DNA from: an uncultured Planctomycetales bacterium
Lineage (GTDB): Bacteria > Omnitrophota > Gorgyraeia > Zapsychrales > Fredricksoniimonadaceae
DNA: 64,000 nucleotides
Reading direction: 5' to 3'
Assembly (NCBI GenBank): GCA_964643325.1
Contig: CAZXSE010000001.1
Span: forward strand, 84,780 to 148,779
This document shows positions 12,001 through 20,199 of the stretch, one piece after another; position 1 is the first letter of the stretch, and every line of letters begins with the position of its first letter. The position numbers were made by a program, and so were the translations under genes. The notes below the pieces were generated by a model. That model worked only from the letters and a program-made list of their open reading frames with translations, searched no databases and was not told where the DNA came from.

Positions 12001-13618
12001 TGACCACTTCCTCGCGGATGGCGTCCACCGGCGGGTTCGTGACCTGGGCAAAAAGCTGCTGAAAATAATTATACAAAAGCTGCGGCCGCCCCGAGAGCAC
12101 GGCCACGGGATTGTCCGCGCCCATCGAACCCGTGGCCTCCTCGCCGTTCTCGGCCATGGCCTTAAGGATGATCTTCAGGTCTTCCTGCGTATATCCGAAC
12201 GCGCGCTGGCGCGTCACGATCGTCTTTTCATTGAGCACCGGGACCTTCCTTCCCGACGGAAGGTCTGTAAGGTCCACGATATTCTCTTTCAGCCACCGGC
12301 CATAAGGCTGCTTGCGGGCATAGGAATCCTTGAGCTCTGCATCGTCAATGATGCGGCCCTCGACCGTGTCCACCAAAAACATCTTGCCGGGCTGCAGGCG
12401 CCATTTCGCGGCCACGCGCTCAGGCGCAACGGGAAGCACGCCGGTCTCAGAGGCCATGATGACCAGTCCGTCGGTCGTGACCGTGTACCGCGACGGACGC
12501 AGGCCGTTACGGTCCAGGACCGCGCCGATATAGCGGCCGTCCGTGAACGCGATGCACGCCGGGCCGTCCCACGGCTCCATGAGGCACGCGTGATATTCAT
12601 AGAACGCGCGTTTTTCCGCGCTCATCGTGGTGTCGCCCACCCACGCCTCGGGCACCATCATCATCACCGCGTGCGGCAGGGGCCTGCCCGCCATCACCAA
12701 AAGCTCCAGCGCATTATCAAATGACGCCGAATCGCTCCCGAAGGGGCCGATGAGCGGCTGGACCTTCTTCACATCGCCGCCAAAAAGATCATGCGCCATC
12801 TGTTTCTCGCGCGCGCGCATCCAGTTCAGGTTGCCTCTTAATGTATTGATCTCGCCGTTGTGCGCGAGCATCCTGTAGGGATGCGCCAGCGACCACGTCG
12901 GGAATGTGTTGGTGCTGTAACGGGAATGAACGAGCGCCAGGGCCGAGACCATGTCCGTGTCGGCAAGGTCCTTAAAGAAAGGCCCGAGCTGTTCGGCCAT
13001 GAGCTGCCCTTTATAGACGATCGTGCGCGCGGAAAGGCTGCAAATGTAAAAGAAGCTGCGGTGGTGCAGGGACGATTCATGGACCCTGGTCCAGCAGCGC
13101 TTGCGGATCACGTAAAGCTTGCGTTCGAAGTCCTCACGCGGGGTCGCCGCGCCGCGGCCGATAAAGATCTGCTTGAGCTCGGGCTGGACGGAATGCGCGA
13201 CCCTGCCGACATGGGCATCGTCATGGGGAACGGCGCGCCATCCCAGGAATTTCTGGCCCTCTTCATGGATGATCCGCTCGATCCATTCCTCGACGGTGTT
13301 GCGCGACTGCAATTCCATGGGAAGAAAAACATTGCCGCAGCCGTAATCACCCTCGGGCGGCAGATCGATCCCCTGGGCCCGGGCAACCTTGCGCAGGAAC
13401 GCATCCGGCAACTGCAGCATGATCCCGGCGCCGTCGCCGGTCAGCGGATCGCACCCGCTCGCCCCGCGATGCGCCAGGTTCTCCAGGATCCTGATCCCGT
13501 TGGCAATGATCTCATGGGACTTGCGCCCCTTGATATCAACGACGAAACCGACGCCGCAAGCGTCGTGTTCGAACCGGGGGTCGTACAATCCCTGTTTTGA
13601 CGGTAATCCCGTATGCAT
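9074..13618 (-). CDS. gltB: Glutamate synthase large subunit
   Basis: I place the start at MHTGLPSKQGLYDPRFEHDACGVGFV (the Ntn Cys follows a short propeptide). It has amidotransferase, FMN/Fe-S and C-terminal GXGXG beta-helix regions. The longer ORF start at 13753 would run into the upstream GT2 gene. Confidence 0.95.
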   Translation of the reverse strand: MHTGLPSKQGLYDPRFEHDACGVGFVVDIKGRKSHEIIANGIRILENLAHRGASGCDPLTGDGAGIMLQLPDAFLRKVARAQGIDLPPEGDYGCGNVFLPMELQSRNTVEEWIERIIHEEGQKFLGWRAVPHDDAHVGRVAHSVQPELKQIFIGRGAATPREDFERKLYVIRKRCWTRVHESSLHHRSFFYICSLSARTIVYKGQLMAEQLGPFFKDLADTDMVSALALVHSRYSTNTFPTWSLAHPYRMLAHNGEINTLRGNLNWMRAREKQMAHDLFGGDVKKVQPLIGPFGSDSASFDNALELLVMAGRPLPHAVMMMVPEAWVGDTTMSAEKRAFYEYHACLMEPWDGPACIAFTDGRYIGAVLDRNGLRPSRYTVTTDGLVIMASETGVLPVAPERVAAKWRLQPGKMFLVDTVEGRIIDDAELKDSYARKQPYGRWLKENIVDLTDLPSGRKVPVLNEKTIVTRQRAFGYTQEDLKIILKAMAENGEEATGSMGADNPVAVLSGRPQLLYNYFQQLFAQVTNPPVDAIREEVVMAENVYLGAEGNLLAETPEHARRLRLPRPILSNQELAAIAQVDRRGLKAVTLPILFKKADGNDGLAKAMEALCVSADNAMAQGYNILVLSDRASSEKDVPVPALLACAGLHHHLIRQGTRTKMSIVLETGEAREMHHFALLIGYGANAINPYLALDTVENEVRKGHYAQGLDADHAQKNYIKSIRKGLFKIISKMGIATIQSYCGAQIFEAVGLGEEFVASYFTATPSRIGGIGITEVAAEALCRHAQAYPDVPHGHDLLEEGGWYHWRKDGEFRQINPDVVAALQQAVRTNDRALYEKYARLVNENDKACANIRSLMKFKKGSPVPISEVEPAAAIARRFATGAMSYGSISKEAHETLAIAMNRLGGFSNTGEGGEDPERFKPMPGGDTRRSRIKQVAQGRFGVNIEYLVNADQLQIKMAQGAKPGEGGQLPGHKVTREIAATRGTLPGIQLISPPPHHDIYSIEDLAQLIHDLKNANPRADVSVKLVAEIGVGTIAAGVAKGKADHLLVSGYEGGTGASPQTSIKHAGLPMELGIAEVQQVLVINDLRGRIRVQTDGTLKTGRDVVLCGMLGADEFGFATIALVCLGCVMLRKCHLDACSVGIATQDPELRKNFRGKPEHIVNFFMFIAEDVRAIMAELGFRTFDELIGRVDMIEAKDALAHWKLKGVDLTNILHKPDVPKHISVRHCARQEHGLEKALDNEILSRCKDALEQKKPVAFAMNISNVNRTVGTMLSSAIAVKYGMAGLPEGTVTVSFSGSAGQSFGAFLSRGVTFELEGDCNDYVGKGLSGGRIIVRPPKGSALQAEANIIVGNVVLYGGICGEAFFRGVAGERFAVRNSGVDAVVEGTGDHGCEYMTGGRVVVLGPTGRNFGAGMSGGIAYVLDKDGAFAARCNTGMVDLVSVVDPEDAAALKSMIAAHGRYTQSTVAADILARWDAVLPQFVKVYPREYRAVVERARRAAGGGERSEPGIHG

Positions 13619-13652
13619 GGCCTGTTCTCTGAATTTTATTGATGCCGCGCTC

Positions 13653-14345
13653 TCAAGAAAATATCCGGAACCTGATGATCGCCCAATACATGCCCAGGGC
13701 CTTGGGCCAGTTGATCTTCTTGCCCTCTGCCACGGACCTGGCCTCATAGGCAATGGGGACCTCGACGATGCGAAGCCCCTTGCGGACGAATTTCGCGGTC
13801 ACTTCCGTCTCAAAAGCAAAATGATCCGAAACAATGGTCAGCGCCCTGATATCCGCGGCGCGGCAAAGCTTGAAACACGTATTGATATCCGTCAGCCGCA
13901 CGCCATACAAAAGACGGAAGGTGATGTTGGAAGCAACATTCGCCCAGCGGTTGACCCCCTTCATCCGGCGGATCGTCCCCATGAAGCGCGAGCCGTAAAC
14001 GACATCGGCCGTGCCATCGAGCAAGGGGGCCAAAAGCCGCGGATATTCCGACGGGCTGTATTCCAGGTCCGCGTCCTGCACCAGCATCAGATCGCCTGTC
14101 ATCGCCTCGATGCAACGCTTCAGGGCCGCGGTCTTGCCCCGATTGACCGATTGATCAAAAACCTTGACCTGCGGATCCGGCGCGAGCGCCGCAAGGACCT
14201 GCGCCGTCCTGTCCGTGGACCCGTCGTTGACCACAATGATCTCGCGCTCCATGCCCGCGGGAAGCGCGGCGGCCCGGACAGATGCGATCACGTCGCAAAT
14301 GGTAGCCTCTTCATTGTAGGCCGGGATCAATACAGAAAGCTTCAT
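13653..14345 (-). CDS. Family-2 glycosyltransferase (polyprenyl-phosphate sugar transferase-like)
   Basis: 230 aa. LSVLIPAYNEE...IIVVNDGSTDRT...VQDADLEY is the GT2 DxD-type core. Confidence 0.85.
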   Translation of the reverse strand: MKLSVLIPAYNEEATICDVIASVRAAALPAGMEREIIVVNDGSTDRTAQVLAALAPDPQVKVFDQSVNRGKTAALKRCIEAMTGDLMLVQDADLEYSPSEYPRLLAPLLDGTADVVYGSRFMGTIRRMKGVNRWANVASNITFRLLYGVRLTDINTCFKLCRAADIRALTIVSDHFAFETEVTAKFVRKGLRIVEVPIAYEARSVAEGKKINWPKALGMYWAIIRFRIFS

Positions 14346-14351
14346 GCGTTC

Positions 14352-16034
14352 CTAGGATGCCTTGTAATGGTTGGTCAACGGAAGGCGCCAGTCCTTGCCG
14401 AACGCGCACTTGGATATCTTTACCCCCGGCGGCGCCTGACGGCGCTTGTACTCGCTCTTATCGACGAGCCCCATCACGCGGCGGACGGTCTCTTCAGAGG
14501 CTTTCTTGCCTTTCATTTCTTCCAGAGAACGGTGTTCTTCCACATACCCCGTCAGGATATCATCCAGCACCGGGTACGGCGGCAGGGAATCCTGGTCCTT
14601 CTGGCCAAACCGCAATTCCGCGGACGGCGCGCGCCTGATGATCGTACGCGGGATCACGACGCGCCCGGCCTTCTGGTTCACATAAGCGCACAGATCATAG
14701 ACCCGGGTCTTTAAAATATCCTTGATGACCGCATACCCGCCGGACATATCTCCGTACAGCGTGCAATAGCCGGTCGCCATCTCGCTCTTGTTGCCCGTCG
14801 TCAACAGGAGCCACCCGAACTTGTTGGAGAACGTCATCAGAAGGTTCCCCCTGATGCGCGCCTGCAGGTTCTCCTCGGCAAGGCCGAAAGGCATCCCCTG
14901 GTTATAAGGCTTGAACGCCGCCAGGAACGCCTCAAAAACAGGTTCGATCGGGATCTCGTAGAACGTGATCCCGAGATTGTGCGCCAGCGCGCGCGCATCC
15001 GACTTGGTGTCTTCCGCGTTGAATCGTGTGGGCATGGAAACGGCAACAACGTTCGCCGCGCCGACCGCGTCGCGCGCCACAACAGCCACGAGCGCCGAGT
15101 CAATGCCGCCGCTCAAGCCCACCACGACCTTCTTGAACCCGTTCTTCTGGATATAATCGCGCGTCCCCAGCACCACGGCCGCATAGATCTCCTCGACAAG
15201 CCCCAGCGTTGGCTGATCTTTTTTCACCAGCTTCGGCAGCGCCTTCGGCGCCGGCGCTTCCATCTTAATAACACAGGCCTTGGCCACGCGCTTTTTCACG
15301 GCCGGCACATCGCAAAGCACAAGGTCCTCTTTGAACTGCGCGCCGCGCGCCAGGACTTTTCCCGACGCAGATACAACCATGCTCGCCCCGTCAAAGACCA
15401 ACTCGTCCTGCCCGCCCACCAGATTCACATACCCCACCGGCGCCCCGGTCGTGCGCGCCGCACGCGCGAGCATCTTTTCACGCTCGAGCCGCTTGCCGGC
15501 CTCATAAGGCGAACTGGAAATGTTCAGGATGAGCTTCGCGCCCGCTTTTGCCTGCTGACGAAAGATCCCGTCATCAACCCAGATGTCCTCACAGATGTTC
15601 ACCGCAAAAGGGACGCCGTTATGACTGAACAACTGAACGCCCTTGCCCGGCGTGAAATACCGCTTCTCATCAAAAACGCTATAGTTCGGGAGCGCCTGCT
15701 TGTGATACACGCCAACAACCTTGCCGTTGGCCATCACGGCCGCGGCATTGTAAAGCGCGCCGTCCGGCCCGCGGTCCACGAACCCGACCACAGCCGTGAT
15801 GCCTTTCACGCGCCGGGCAATATCCTCCATGGCCCTGATATTACGGGCAACAAAGTGCTTCTTGAACAGCAGGTCTTCCGGAGGGTAGCCCGTCACAGCC
15901 ATCTCGGGGAACGCCACGATCCCCGCCCCCGCGCGCCTGGCCCTGTCGGCAAAAGCAAGGACCCAGTCACGATTGCTGTCAAGATCGCCGACCGTCGTAT
16001 TGATCTGAGCCAGGGCGATCCGTAGTGTCGTCAT
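14352..16034 (-). CDS. nadE: Glutamine-dependent NAD+ synthetase
   Basis: I place the start at MTTLRIALAQ, preceded by GGAAGGTGG. An N-terminal CN-hydrolase (glutaminase) domain is followed by an NAD synthetase domain with the GLSGGIDSALVA P-loop. Confidence 0.93.
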   Translation of the reverse strand: MTTLRIALAQINTTVGDLDSNRDWVLAFADRARRAGAGIVAFPEMAVTGYPPEDLLFKKHFVARNIRAMEDIARRVKGITAVVGFVDRGPDGALYNAAAVMANGKVVGVYHKQALPNYSVFDEKRYFTPGKGVQLFSHNGVPFAVNICEDIWVDDGIFRQQAKAGAKLILNISSSPYEAGKRLEREKMLARAARTTGAPVGYVNLVGGQDELVFDGASMVVSASGKVLARGAQFKEDLVLCDVPAVKKRVAKACVIKMEAPAPKALPKLVKKDQPTLGLVEEIYAAVVLGTRDYIQKNGFKKVVVGLSGGIDSALVAVVARDAVGAANVVAVSMPTRFNAEDTKSDARALAHNLGITFYEIPIEPVFEAFLAAFKPYNQGMPFGLAEENLQARIRGNLLMTFSNKFGWLLLTTGNKSEMATGYCTLYGDMSGGYAVIKDILKTRVYDLCAYVNQKAGRVVIPRTIIRRAPSAELRFGQKDQDSLPPYPVLDDILTGYVEEHRSLEEMKGKKASEETVRRVMGLVDKSEYKRRQAPPGVKISKCAFGKDWRLPLTNHYKAS

Positions 16035-16059
16035 GCCACCTTCCCGTTGAACCCCTTTA

Positions 16060-18156
16060 TCAATAGAGGAACAACATTTCCGCGTATGTCGGCAACGGCC
16101 ATAATTCAGCCGGCACAAGCCCTTCAAGGGCATCCGCCGCCTTGCGCGCGGCCAGCATTGCGGCTTTCATTTGTTCCGTGTCAGACGCATCGAGCGCGGC
16201 GTCGAGCGCCTTGATGCCCGCGGCCAGCCCGTCGATGAGAACAGACACTTCCGCCAGCGCTTCACGCGCCGTTGCGGCCTTGCCGCCCGCATCCTCGACC
16301 GCTTTCACGGCCGACGCCAAATTGGTCTGATGCTGCAGCGCCGCGGGAAGGATCAGCGTGGCCGCCATGGTCCTTGCGCATTCAGCTTCATAGCTCAGGA
16401 CGCTGTTGTAATTATGCATGTAGATCTCATGACGCGACAGAAGTTCTTTCTGCGTCAGGACCGCGTATTTCGCGAACAGTGTCAGGGCCTTCTGTGTCTC
16501 ATAAGCCTTGAGCGCTTCGGGCGTGGTTTTCATATTCGCAAGCCCGCGCTTTTCCGCTTCCTTATGCCAGGCCTCGGTGTAATTGTCCCCATTGAAAATA
16601 ACGCGCTTGTGCTTCTTGATAATGCCCTGCAAGATGGCCTGCACCGACTTGTTGAAGTCCTTCTTGGCCTTCACATCCGCTTCAAGCTGCGTGCACATTG
16701 CGTCGAACGCTTCCGCTACGATCGTGTTCAGCACCACGTTCGCGGCCGCCGGATTCATGTTCGATCCGAGCGCGCGGAACTCAAACTTATTCCCTGTGAA
16801 CGCAAAAGACGAGGTGCGGTTGCGGTCCGTGGCGTCGCGCGGCAACGTCGGAATAACATCCACGCCGATCGCGATCGTGCCGCCGGACTTGGCACTGGTA
16901 GCACTGCCCTTTTCGATCTGCTCGACAATATCGGCCAGCTGATCGCCCAGGAAGATCGAGATGATCGCGGGCGGAGCCTCGTTGGCGCCCAGGCGGTGAT
17001 CATTGCCGGGCGATGCGACCGACGCGCGCAAGAGGTCCGCGTGCGTATCGACCGCCTTGATGACCGCGCACAAGGTGAACAGGAACTTCGCGTTCTCGTG
17101 CGGATTGGAACCCGGGTGCAGCCAGTTCTTGCCGTCGCAACCGACGATAGACCAGTTGTTATGCTTGCCGGAACCGTTGACCCCCGCAAAAGGCTTTTCA
17201 TGCAGCAGGCATACGAGGCCATGCTTGTCCGCGATCTGCTTCATCAATTCCATGCAGATCAGGTTGTGATCGACCGCCAGATTCAGGCGCTCGTACATGG
17301 GCGCGATCTCGAACTGCGCAGGGGCCACTTCATTATGGCGCGTTTTTGCCGGAGCCCCAAGCCGCCAGAGCGCCTGGTCCAGGTCCTCCATGAATGCCAG
17401 GATCCGCGGACGGATGGCCCCGAAATAATGGTCTTCCATCTGCTGATGGCGCGCCGGCTTGCGGCCGAACAGCGTCCGGCCCGTCTGGATCAGGTCAAGC
17501 CGCTTCTCGTAATACGCCTTGTCGATCAGAAAATATTCCTGTTCCGGCCCGAGCGTAACATACGGCCGTGTAACAGCTTTAAGGCCGAACAATTTCCCGG
17601 CACGGTCCATTTGTTTGGCGAGCGCCGCGGAAGAACGCAACAAGGGCGTCTTCTTGTCCAGCGCTTCCCCATGATAGCCGCAAAAAATGGTCGGGATGCA
17701 CAACGTCGCCCCGTCCTCGCTTTCCTTGATGAACGCGGGGCTCGTCGGGTCCCAGGCCGTATAACCGCGCGCTTCGAACGTGGCGCGCAGCCCGCCGGAC
17801 GGAAATGAGGATGCGTCCGGTTCGCCCTGGATGAGCTCTTTCGCGGAGAATGCCATCTCAACGCCGCCCTGGCCGTCAGGCGAAATGAACGAATCATGCT
17901 TCTCGGCGGTCGAACCGGTGAGCGGCTGGAACCAGTGGCAAAAATGGGTCGCGCCCTTGGACAATGCCCAGGATTTCATGGCCTGCGCCACCTCATCCGC
18001 GATCTTCGGGTCAATAACGCCGCCGTCGTTGATCGTCTTGCTGAGAGAGGCATACGCCTTCGCTGAAAGGTACTTTTTCATGGCCTTGAAACTGAACACA
18101 TTCTCGCCGTACATCGCTTCAACCGCGCTGATGAACTTTGTGGCTGCCTTTGTCAT
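16060..18156 (-). CDS. glnN: Glutamine synthetase type III
   Basis: 698 aa, the GSIII size class, with GVNGSGKHNNWS and other GS catalytic-domain motifs. An AAGGAG SD lies 7 nt upstream of the ATG. Confidence 0.9.
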   Translation of the reverse strand: MTKAATKFISAVEAMYGENVFSFKAMKKYLSAKAYASLSKTINDGGVIDPKIADEVAQAMKSWALSKGATHFCHWFQPLTGSTAEKHDSFISPDGQGGVEMAFSAKELIQGEPDASSFPSGGLRATFEARGYTAWDPTSPAFIKESEDGATLCIPTIFCGYHGEALDKKTPLLRSSAALAKQMDRAGKLFGLKAVTRPYVTLGPEQEYFLIDKAYYEKRLDLIQTGRTLFGRKPARHQQMEDHYFGAIRPRILAFMEDLDQALWRLGAPAKTRHNEVAPAQFEIAPMYERLNLAVDHNLICMELMKQIADKHGLVCLLHEKPFAGVNGSGKHNNWSIVGCDGKNWLHPGSNPHENAKFLFTLCAVIKAVDTHADLLRASVASPGNDHRLGANEAPPAIISIFLGDQLADIVEQIEKGSATSAKSGGTIAIGVDVIPTLPRDATDRNRTSSFAFTGNKFEFRALGSNMNPAAANVVLNTIVAEAFDAMCTQLEADVKAKKDFNKSVQAILQGIIKKHKRVIFNGDNYTEAWHKEAEKRGLANMKTTPEALKAYETQKALTLFAKYAVLTQKELLSRHEIYMHNYNSVLSYEAECARTMAATLILPAALQHQTNLASAVKAVEDAGGKAATAREALAEVSVLIDGLAAGIKALDAALDASDTEQMKAAMLAARKAADALEGLVPAELWPLPTYAEMLFLY

Positions 18157-18218
18157 GTCCTTGCTCCTTGATAGTGCGTATCAGATCTGTTAATGGGATC
18201 ACACCGGTCCCGGGAAGG

Positions 18219-18267
18219 AAAATAAAATAATCCTCTCCCGGAAAAACATCTTTTCTCCAAAAGAGGA
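18219..18267 (-). terminator. Terminator-like (attenuator) hairpin plus U-tract inside the glnN leader
   Basis: Minus-strand RNA: UCCUCUUUUGGAGAAA-[AGAUG]-UUUUUCCGGGAGAGGA (18267..18231; 16 pairs, of which 4 are G.U) followed by UUAUUUUAUUUU (18230..18219). The G.U pairs exist only on the minus-strand transcript. Confidence 0.4.
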
Positions 18268-18315
18268 CGTCATCGCCCTGTCTACCTTATATAAAGGAAG
18301 GCCTCACTGCCTTCC
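18264..18315 (-). promoter_or_regulatory. Candidate ANTAR-target pair of hexaloop hairpins in the glnN leader
   Basis: P1 is GGAAGGC-AGUGAG-GCCUUCC (18315..18296), a 7-bp stem with a hexaloop carrying A1/G4. P2 is AGGGC-GAUGAC-GUCCU (18279..18264), a 5-bp stem with a hexaloop carrying G4. The 3' arm of P2 shares UCCU with the 5' arm of the terminator-like hairpin. Confidence 0.35.
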
Positions 18316-18327
18316 AAAACTCGCAAA

Positions 18328-18356
18328 AGTATATCGCGGTGAAAATCCTTTGTCAA
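18328..18356 (-). promoter_or_regulatory. Near-consensus sigma70 promoter for glnN
   Basis: The minus strand reads TTGACA (18356..18351), a 17-nt spacer, then TATACT (18333..18328). Confidence 0.55.
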
Positions 18357-18389
18357 TCACAAAATTCCGGCGATTTTACCCTCTTTTTC

Positions 18390-19610
18390 CTATGTTTTCT
18401 GGATATCGGCCATCAAAAGCACTGACTCCGCGATCTCTTTCATGGTCTTGCAGGTATCCATGCTCTTTTTATGGATCAGCTTGTAGGCCGCATCCTCCGA
18501 AAGGCCCTGCATCTTCATGAGCGCCCCTTTGGCGCGCTCGACCAGCTTGCGCGTTTCAAGGGCTTCCCTGGCCTTGAGCGCCTCTTCCATCAGTTTTGTA
18601 TTCTCAACCGCCACGGCCGCCTGATTGGCCACAAGCTGGAGGGCGCCGATCTCGTCCGCTGTGAAAGAATGAGGCTCTTTCGTATAAACATTGATCACTC
18701 CCAGGGCCCTGTCCTTGACGATCATCGGCACCGCCAGCATGGACGTCAGCCCCTCCCTGATCGCCAGGTCCCGATAAAAATACCTGTTCTCCCGGCGTAC
18801 ATCTTCGATGGCCACGGCCTTGCGGGTCTTGATCACATCACCCATCAGGCTGGCATCGACCTTCAGATTGGGCTTTTTCTTGTAGTCATCGCTCAGGCTC
18901 TGCGTGGCCTTGATGACAAGTTCCTGGCCCTTGGGATCGAGCAGCATGATCGAACAGACCTTGGAGTTCAGCATTTCCGCGATAACGACCACAATAAGGC
19001 TCAGGATCTCGTCGAGGTATTTCTGGGACGTGACCGTCTGACTGACCTTGACGAGCGTGTCGAACTGCAGGGCCTTTGCGTGGGTCTCTTTATAAAGCCG
19101 GGCATGTTCAATAACGCTGCCCACCTGACGGCCGATCATCTCAAGGAGCGTGATGGCATTAGTTGGATGCTCCCGGACCTTCTTGTGCTGAAGATTGATA
19201 ACGCCGATGGCTTTGCCCTTATAAACGATCGGCACAGCCACGAACGCCTCATACTTGTCCTCGGGCAGGACATCGAACGCCTTGAACCGCGGATCAGCAT
19301 AGGCGTTCTCCTGGATAATGACCGGCTTATTGTTCTTCGCGGCCCAGCCCGTCAACCCTTCGCCAACCTTAAGAAGAATGCGGCCCAGTTCTTTCTTGTG
19401 CGGGGTCTTGGACGCGCGCAAGACCAGATGCCTTTTACCCTCATCAAAAAGATAGATGAAGACCGAATCCGCGTGCGTGATGTCGGTCACGGCCCGGACG
19501 ATCTCGTACAGAATGGTATCCAGTTCAAGCTCAGAGGTCGTGATGTCAACGACCTTGCGCAAAACTTCTAATTCATTGGCAGAAGAGAACCGCGATCTGT
19601 TCCTGACCAT
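18390..19610 (-). CDS. GAF-GAF-ANTAR RNA-binding antiterminator-type regulator
   Basis: 406 aa. Two GAF-like modules (VFIYLFDEGKRHLVLRASK... and CSIMLLDPKGQELVIKATQ...) are followed by a C-terminal ANTAR helix bundle (LETRKLVERAKGALMKMQGLSEDAAYKLIHKKSMD). The SD GGAAGGTGG sits directly upstream. Confidence 0.85.
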   Translation of the reverse strand: MVRNRSRFSSANELEVLRKVVDITTSELELDTILYEIVRAVTDITHADSVFIYLFDEGKRHLVLRASKTPHKKELGRILLKVGEGLTGWAAKNNKPVIIQENAYADPRFKAFDVLPEDKYEAFVAVPIVYKGKAIGVINLQHKKVREHPTNAITLLEMIGRQVGSVIEHARLYKETHAKALQFDTLVKVSQTVTSQKYLDEILSLIVVVIAEMLNSKVCSIMLLDPKGQELVIKATQSLSDDYKKKPNLKVDASLMGDVIKTRKAVAIEDVRRENRYFYRDLAIREGLTSMLAVPMIVKDRALGVINVYTKEPHSFTADEIGALQLVANQAAVAVENTKLMEEALKAREALETRKLVERAKGALMKMQGLSEDAAYKLIHKKSMDTCKTMKEIAESVLLMADIQKT

Positions 19611-19623
19611 ACCACCTTCCTTG

Positions 19624-20142
19624 TTATTGCGCGTGCTGTATCAGGACGCGCAGGGTCCTTGCGCCCACCAGCCCGTCGGGCTTCAATCCATTCGCCGCCT
19701 GAAATGCCTTGAGCGCCGACCGGGTCCTGCTGCCCGGACGGCCGTCGATCTTGCCGGGATCATATCCCGCCTGCACCAGGGCCCGCTGCAGGGCCGCTCC
19801 ATCCAGCGCGTCATTGCTGACCAAGGGGCTTTGAATATAATACTGTACCTTTTCCCAAGTCATTTTGTCAACAAAGCGTGTGACCTCGATGCCCTCATCC
19901 GCCTGGAACTTTGCCACGGCATCGCGCGTTCCCGCGCCGAATTTGCCGTCAGGAATGCCGGACTGATATCCCAAAAGCCGCAAATACTTCTGCAGCTGTT
20001 CCACGCGGGCATTGTACTGGTCGAACGCGACCTCGCCGAGTATCTGGCGCTCTTCTCCGCCGGGCTTGTGCAAAAGCCCGTAGATCCTGTCGCAACCCGC
20101 CAGCACGGGAAGAAGAATTAAAAGGAAAAGAATGCCCCGCAT
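19624..20142 (-). CDS. Lipoprotein with two peptidoglycan-binding (PG_binding_1-like) repeats
   Basis: I place the start at MRGILFLLILLPVLAGCD (lipobox LAGC). Two repeats follow: LQKYLRLLGYQSGIPDGKFGAGTRDAVAKFQ and LQRALVQAGYDPGKIDGRPGSRTRSALKAFQ. The longer ORF-track N-terminus has no support. Confidence 0.75.
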   Translation of the reverse strand: MRGILFLLILLPVLAGCDRIYGLLHKPGGEERQILGEVAFDQYNARVEQLQKYLRLLGYQSGIPDGKFGAGTRDAVAKFQADEGIEVTRFVDKMTWEKVQYYIQSPLVSNDALDGAALQRALVQAGYDPGKIDGRPGSRTRSALKAFQAANGLKPDGLVGARTLRVLIQHAQ

Positions 20143-20199
20143 AAGTATATGATTATAATAACAAAAGCTGAAAGCTGTAAAAATTCTTGGGATGTTGCC

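Noticed and set aside
13619-13753. N-terminal ORF extensions of gltB. The same applies to gltD (to 9153), nadE (to 16133), MPP-HD (to 28909), CHAD (to 29826) and the GT4 genes at 53446 and 56934.
   Set aside because: The extensions overlap the upstream gene and are compositionally aberrant. Internal ATGs give canonical family N-termini and SD sequences or ATGA-type coupling.
20149-20199. The upstream start codon at 20149 for the plus-strand TPR membrane gene.
   Set aside because: It would leave only 6 nt to the divergent lipoprotein ATG and adds a non-hydrophobic MIIITKAESCKNSWDVA peptide. ATG 20200 is preferred, though not proven.
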